DNA from: an uncultured Spirochaetota bacterium
GTDB lineage: Bacteria; Spirochaetota; Brevinematia; Brevinematales; JAOACQ01
Assembly: GCA_963835575.1 (NCBI GenBank)
Contig: CAWIGG010000002.1
Span: 320,001-384,000 of the forward strand
DNA: 64,000 bases
Reading direction: 5' to 3'
Both the position numbers and the translations under genes were made by a program. The notes beneath the pieces are model-generated. The model ran no database searches, had not been told where the DNA came from, and saw nothing but the letters and a program-made list of their open reading frames with translations. Below are positions 59,638 through 64,000 of this stretch, in pieces; position 1 is the first letter of the stretch; the number at the start of each line of letters is the position of its first letter.

Positions 59638-60504
59638 ATGATAATCAAAGAAACGGTTTTCGAAGGCTTTAAGAACTGCTTTGAGCTGACAGCCGGCGGT
59701 TTGAAAATGGTCGTTATGGCGGGCTTCGGGCCGAGGGTCCTTTATTTCGGGTCGGAAAGAACCGGCAATATCCTCTACGTGGAAAAAGACCCGATGCGCA
59801 AGACAAAAGGCTTCAGGCATTACGGCGGCCACCGTTTCTGGCTCGGGCCTGAAACCAAGCACACATCAAAGGCCGATAACCGGCCCTGCACCGTGGAAGA
59901 AAAAGACGGGACTTTAAAAGTCACGGCGTTAGACGCCGAATTTCATCTGGAAAAAAGCCTTCTGATAAAAGAAAAGAACGGGCGCTTTCGGGTGGAGCAT
60001 ATCCTCTTGAACAAAGGAAAGCTGTTATATGTCGCGTCGCTGTGGGGCCTGACATGCGTCCCGCCGGTGAAAAACAGCGTCATATTCTTTCCCTGGTCGA
60101 CGCTCGGGAACTGGAAGATGAACAAGATCATCTACTGGCAGAGATGGAGCCGGCAGAAGACGAATGTCAACAGCCGGCAGTATGTCCAGACTCCGGACCT
60201 CTTCCTTGTCAGGCCGACGGGAAAAGTGGGGAAAATAGGCAGCGCGGGATATGAAGGCTTTGTCGGCGTTACTCAGAATAATTACACATTCATCAAGAAG
60301 TTCGATTATGTTCCTTCGGCGCAATACCCCGACGACAACTGCGCCGTGGAAGTCTATACGAGCCGGTGGTTTTACGAACTGGAGACATTGAGCCCGCTCT
60401 ATACCGTGATTCCGGGCAGGCCTGTTTCGCACACGGAGGAATGGGTCCTGGCCGAAAAGGCGGTCAATCCCGAAAACGGCGATGAAGTAAGAAGTCTTTT
60501 GTAG
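59638..60504 (+). CDS. Conserved hypothetical protein (DUF4380 / galactose-mutarotase-like fold)
   Basis: GPRVL, YGGHRFWLGPE, YPD..C.VE.Y, ELETLSPL, HTEEW. Confidence 0.65.
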   Translation: MIIKETVFEGFKNCFELTAGGLKMVVMAGFGPRVLYFGSERTGNILYVEKDPMRKTKGFRHYGGHRFWLGPETKHTSKADNRPCTVEEKDGTLKVTALDAEFHLEKSLLIKEKNGRFRVEHILLNKGKLLYVASLWGLTCVPPVKNSVIFFPWSTLGNWKMNKIIYWQRWSRQKTNVNSRQYVQTPDLFLVRPTGKVGKIGSAGYEGFVGVTQNNYTFIKKFDYVPSAQYPDDNCAVEVYTSRWFYELETLSPLYTVIPGRPVSHTEEWVLAEKAVNPENGDEVRSLL

Positions 60505-60536
60505 GATACTATCGTTTTTTGCAGAAAACTGAGTAA

Positions 60537-60628
60537 TCCGCTAATTCACGCGAATAAAACGCGAATAAAATTTAATAATTTGTATAAAACAGACTCTATA
60601 TTAGCGTGAATTTGCGCGGCTTAGCGGA
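60537..60628. repeat. Gene-less periodic inverted-repeat element (CCGC(G/T)AAT type)
   Basis: TCCGCTAATTCACGCGAATAAAACGCGAATA ... TATTAGCGTGAATTTGCGCGGCTTAGCGGA. Confidence 0.7.
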
Positions 60629-60669
60629 AGACCTAAAAAATTTAAATAAAATTAATTGAGGGGATAATA

Positions 60670-62940
60670 ATGGAAATCAACGAAGCTTTTGTGTCGGAGC
60701 TGAAAGTCAGCCTGCCTGAAATTATGAAAAAGATCACAGGGGAACTCGGGATTAAACAGTACCAGACCGAAGCGGCCGTGTCCTTAATAAAGGAAGGGAA
60801 CACGATCCCTTTCATTTCCCGCTACCGCAAGGAAGCGACCGGCTCGCTGGACAAAGTGCAGGTGCGGGAGATTTCCCACCGCCTGACATACCTTGAGAAC
60901 CTGGAGGAAAGAAGACTTGAGGTCATCCGGGGGATTTTTCAGCAGGGCAAACTGACGGAGGAGCTTTATCAGAATATAGCCAAGTGCGAAACATTAACAG
61001 AACTCGAGGAGCTGTACGCCCCGTATAAAAAGAAGAAAAAGACGCGCGCGATGATCGCAATGGAAAAAGGCCTGGAAGAGCTGGCGGACCTGATGGCATC
61101 CGTCGCGGACATAGAAAAGGAAGCGCTCCGTTTTGTGGACGCGGAGAAAGGAGTGAATACCGCTGAGGAAGCCCTTCAGGGCGCGATGGACATCCTCGCT
61201 GAGCGGATGGCTCAGGACATGGACAACCGCAAGGCCCTGTGGGATTTTATGACTTCCTCGGGCGAGATTACAATAACCGGCAAAAAGGACGCCGAAAAGA
61301 GCGTTTATAAAATGTATTACGAATACCGCGAGCCCCTCAAGGAAATAAAGCCGCACCGCATTCTCGCGATCAACCGCGGAGAGCGGGAGGACGAGCTGGA
61401 TGTAAAAATAGATTTTGATGAGGAAAAAGCGAAGGAGATCATGATCTCCCGCTATAAAATAGCGAACCCCTATCATCAGTCGGCGGTTGAGGACGGTTTG
61501 AAGAGACTGCTCCAGCCTTCCGTATTGAGGAAAGTCCGCGGGACGCAGAGCGAGGCCGCCGATAAGCACGGCATCAATATCTTCGCTGAAAACCTCAAGG
61601 GGCTCTTGATGCAGAAGCCGATCAAAAGGACGCGCGTGCTGGGGATCGATCCCGGAATAAGGACGGGGACAAAGGCCGCCGCGCTGGACGAAAACGGGAA
61701 ATACCTCGGCTATTTTTTATTTTTTCAGGATAAAAAGGAAGCTTCGAAAAAGGCTATCGCTGAAGCCGTGAAAAAATACAATGTTGAGCTTATCGCCGTA
61801 GGGAACGGAACGGGTTCCCATGAGGTGCAGGAAGTCGTCGCCGAGGCGATCACGGAATTCGATTTGCCCGTGGAATACACAGTCGTCTCGGAAGACGGGG
61901 CTTCCGTCTATTCCGCGTCGGAGATCGCCGGGGAGGAATTCCCGGACCTTGACCTGACCATCCGGGGAGCGATTTCCATCGCGAGGAGACTTCAGGACCC
62001 GCTGGCCGAATTTGTCAAGATCGACCCGAAGTCCATCGGCGTCGGGCTTTACCAGCATGATGTGGACCAGAAGGCGCTGTCGCAGACCCTGGACGAAGTG
62101 GTCGAGTCCGTTGTGAACAATGTCGGCGTGAATATCAACACAGCGTCTTACGCGCTGCTCCGCTACGTTTCAGGCATCACCGCCTCGCTTTCCAGGAACA
62201 TTGTCGAATTCAGGGATAAAACCGGCATCATCCGCTCGCGCGATGAGCTGAGGAAAATTTCCGGCTTCGGTGATAAAACATTCGAGCAGGCGGCCGGTTT
62301 TCTGAAAGTGCCGGAAAGCAGGGAAGCCCTGGATAATACATGGGTGCATCCCGAGAATTACGCCGCCGCGAGGGAAATTCTTCAGGACATAAAAGAGAAC
62401 CGGGAAATAACCAAAGAGAAAAAAACCGCCCTGATGGAGAAGTACGGCATCGGCGAGACAACGGTCCTGGATATCATCGGCGAGCTCAAAAAGCCGAACA
62501 GGGACCCGCGCGAGGATTATCCCGCGCCCATCCTTCAGAAAGGCGTCGTGCATTTTGAGGACCTTAAGGCCGGTATGTCTGTTAAGGGCAAGGTGAAGAA
62601 CGTTGTGGATTTCGGCGCTTTTGTCGACATCGGCATAAAGGAAACGGCGCTCCTGCACATCTCGCAGTTCAGCGATAATTATGTCAGGAACCCGCTGGAG
62701 ATCCTTAAGGTCGGCGATGTCAGGGAATTCAAGATTATTGAGATAGACGCCATGCGCAAGCGTATTTCACTCTCGTTAAAAAAGGACCCTTTCGCTTCGC
62801 CGGCGCCGGTAAAACATGCGGAAAAGGTTGAGAGAAAACCGGAGCCTGAAAAGAAACCGGCCCCGCGTGTTCCGGTCCAGAAAACGCCGCCGGCCGGAAC
62901 GATAGGGAGTTTCCTCAAGCGGCCGCTTGATTTTAAATAA
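60670..62940 (+). CDS. tex: Tex family RNA-binding transcriptional accessory protein
   Basis: TIPFISRYRKEATGSLD, GIDPGIRTG, GASVYSAS, RRLQDPLAE.VKIDPKSIGVG.YQHD; C-terminal S1 domain. Confidence 0.95.
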   Translation: MEINEAFVSELKVSLPEIMKKITGELGIKQYQTEAAVSLIKEGNTIPFISRYRKEATGSLDKVQVREISHRLTYLENLEERRLEVIRGIFQQGKLTEELYQNIAKCETLTELEELYAPYKKKKKTRAMIAMEKGLEELADLMASVADIEKEALRFVDAEKGVNTAEEALQGAMDILAERMAQDMDNRKALWDFMTSSGEITITGKKDAEKSVYKMYYEYREPLKEIKPHRILAINRGEREDELDVKIDFDEEKAKEIMISRYKIANPYHQSAVEDGLKRLLQPSVLRKVRGTQSEAADKHGINIFAENLKGLLMQKPIKRTRVLGIDPGIRTGTKAAALDENGKYLGYFLFFQDKKEASKKAIAEAVKKYNVELIAVGNGTGSHEVQEVVAEAITEFDLPVEYTVVSEDGASVYSASEIAGEEFPDLDLTIRGAISIARRLQDPLAEFVKIDPKSIGVGLYQHDVDQKALSQTLDEVVESVVNNVGVNINTASYALLRYVSGITASLSRNIVEFRDKTGIIRSRDELRKISGFGDKTFEQAAGFLKVPESREALDNTWVHPENYAAAREILQDIKENREITKEKKTALMEKYGIGETTVLDIIGELKKPNRDPREDYPAPILQKGVVHFEDLKAGMSVKGKVKNVVDFGAFVDIGIKETALLHISQFSDNYVRNPLEILKVGDVREFKIIEIDAMRKRISLSLKKDPFASPAPVKHAEKVERKPEPEKKPAPRVPVQKTPPAGTIGSFLKRPLDFK

Positions 62941-62963
62941 AATTTAGTTTACGAAAAATAGAA

Positions 62964-63161
62964 TTTTCACAGGAAGACATGAGGCGCCAACGGGGGTAAG
63001 CCACAGAATTTCACAGAAACACACTGAAATAAAAAAATTTAATAAGAATTATTCGTAATAAATAGTTCTAATATTTTTAAATAAATTAAAAAAAACAATT
63101 CCGTGCTTTTCTGTGTCATTCTGTGGCCGGAATCTGTCCTTTCGTTCCTTCCTGTGGAAAA
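62964..63161. repeat. Empty GxxExxY-type element (62999-63127) nested in a second inverted-repeat element
   Basis: Inner ends identical to 57247-57267 (21 bp) and 57737-57767 (31 bp); outer TTTTCACAGGAAG / CTTCCTGTGGAAAA. Confidence 0.8.
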
Positions 63162-63239
63162 TAAAAGAATATTTACAACTTTCATTTCTTGACTGATTTC
63201 CGCTTTCTGTTTAATCTATCAGAGTCGGAGTAAAGTCTT

Positions 63240-64000
63240 ATGGTTTATGATTTAATCATAGTCGGCGCCGGTCCAGCGGGGATTTTCGCGGCGATGGAGC
63301 TGACAAAAAACAGCCCGGAAATGAAAGTCCTGATCCTGGAAAAGGGGCGCTCCATCGAAAAACGCGTCTGCCCGAAAAGAAAAACAGATGTCTGCGCGGA
63401 GTGCGATCCCTGCAGCATCACGGCCGGATTTTCCGGAAGCGGCGCCTACAGCGACGGAAAGCTTTCGCTTTCGCCCGATGTGGGCGGCGAGATCCCTCAA
63501 ATCATCGGTAATGATAAAACAAAAGAAATGATTAATTATGTCGATTCGATCTATCTTTCATTCGGCGCCGATAAAAAGGTATACGGGCTGGATAAGGCCG
63601 ACGTGATCGAAAGGCTCCGCACAAAGGCGATTAAAAGTAACCTCAAGCTCATCGAATGTCCCATCCGCCATCTGGGGACTGAGGAAAGCTACTCGATTTA
63701 TAAAAAGTTACAGAAAAAGCTCCTCGAACAGGGGATTGAGCTTTCGTTTGAGAACCCTGTAAAGGACCTGATTGTCCGGAAGGGCGTTGTGAAGGGAGTA
63801 ATGGCGGACAAAGAATACGAGGGGAAAAATGTTCTGCTTGCTGCCGGAAGGGAAGGGTCTGACTGGCTTTCGGGGATCGGTAAAAAATACCGTCTTAATA
63901 TGGAAACCGGTCCTGTAGATATCGGCGTGCGGATCGAGGTCAGGAACGAAGTCATGAAAGAGATAAACGAGTCTCTCTACGAAGGCAAGCTGGTATACTA
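63240..64000 (+). CDS. FAD-dependent oxidoreductase, 5' part; runs off the window edge
   Basis: MVYDLIIVGAGPAGIFAA...CDPCSITAGFSGSGAYSDGKL...IRHLGT...GREG...VDIGVRIE. Confidence 0.88.
   Translation, partial: MVYDLIIVGAGPAGIFAAMELTKNSPEMKVLILEKGRSIEKRVCPKRKTDVCAECDPCSITAGFSGSGAYSDGKLSLSPDVGGEIPQIIGNDKTKEMINYVDSIYLSFGADKKVYGLDKADVIERLRTKAIKSNLKLIECPIRHLGTEESYSIYKKLQKKLLEQGIELSFENPVKDLIVRKGVVKGVMADKEYEGKNVLLAAGREGSDWLSGIGKKYRLNMETGPVDIGVRIEVRNEVMKEINESLYEGKLVY

Overview
Bacterial chromosomal window with moderate-GC genes and AT-rich spacers. Lipoprotein signals and LacI-type sugar-sensor fusions suggest an anaerobic, polysaccharide-using spirochaete-like organism (inference only). Contents: the 5' part of purL; sugar-sensing histidine kinase and GGDEF proteins; a carbohydrate ABC locus; an ArsR-gshA-ATP-grasp-ABC exporter-cysE thiol operon; azoR; argD-proC-yggT-yggU; two tandem expansin-like lipoproteins; a beta-helix lipoprotein; tex. 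There are four intact IS copies with readable IRs and target duplications (IS1380, two identical IS1182, IS5), two MITEs and several pseudogenes (collapsed GH5-CBM2 cellulase, GyrI-like, RAYT remnant). The most striking signal is a GxxExxY (PD-(D/E)XK) nuclease gene enclosed by 10-bp-periodic inverted arms. These arms recur, identical over 21 and 31 bp, as a gene-less 129-bp element 5 kb away, with further empty, variant and nested copies elsewhere. This looks like an autonomous/non-autonomous mobile repeat system that uses no DDE or HUH transposase. No rRNA, tRNA or CRISPR array was seen.
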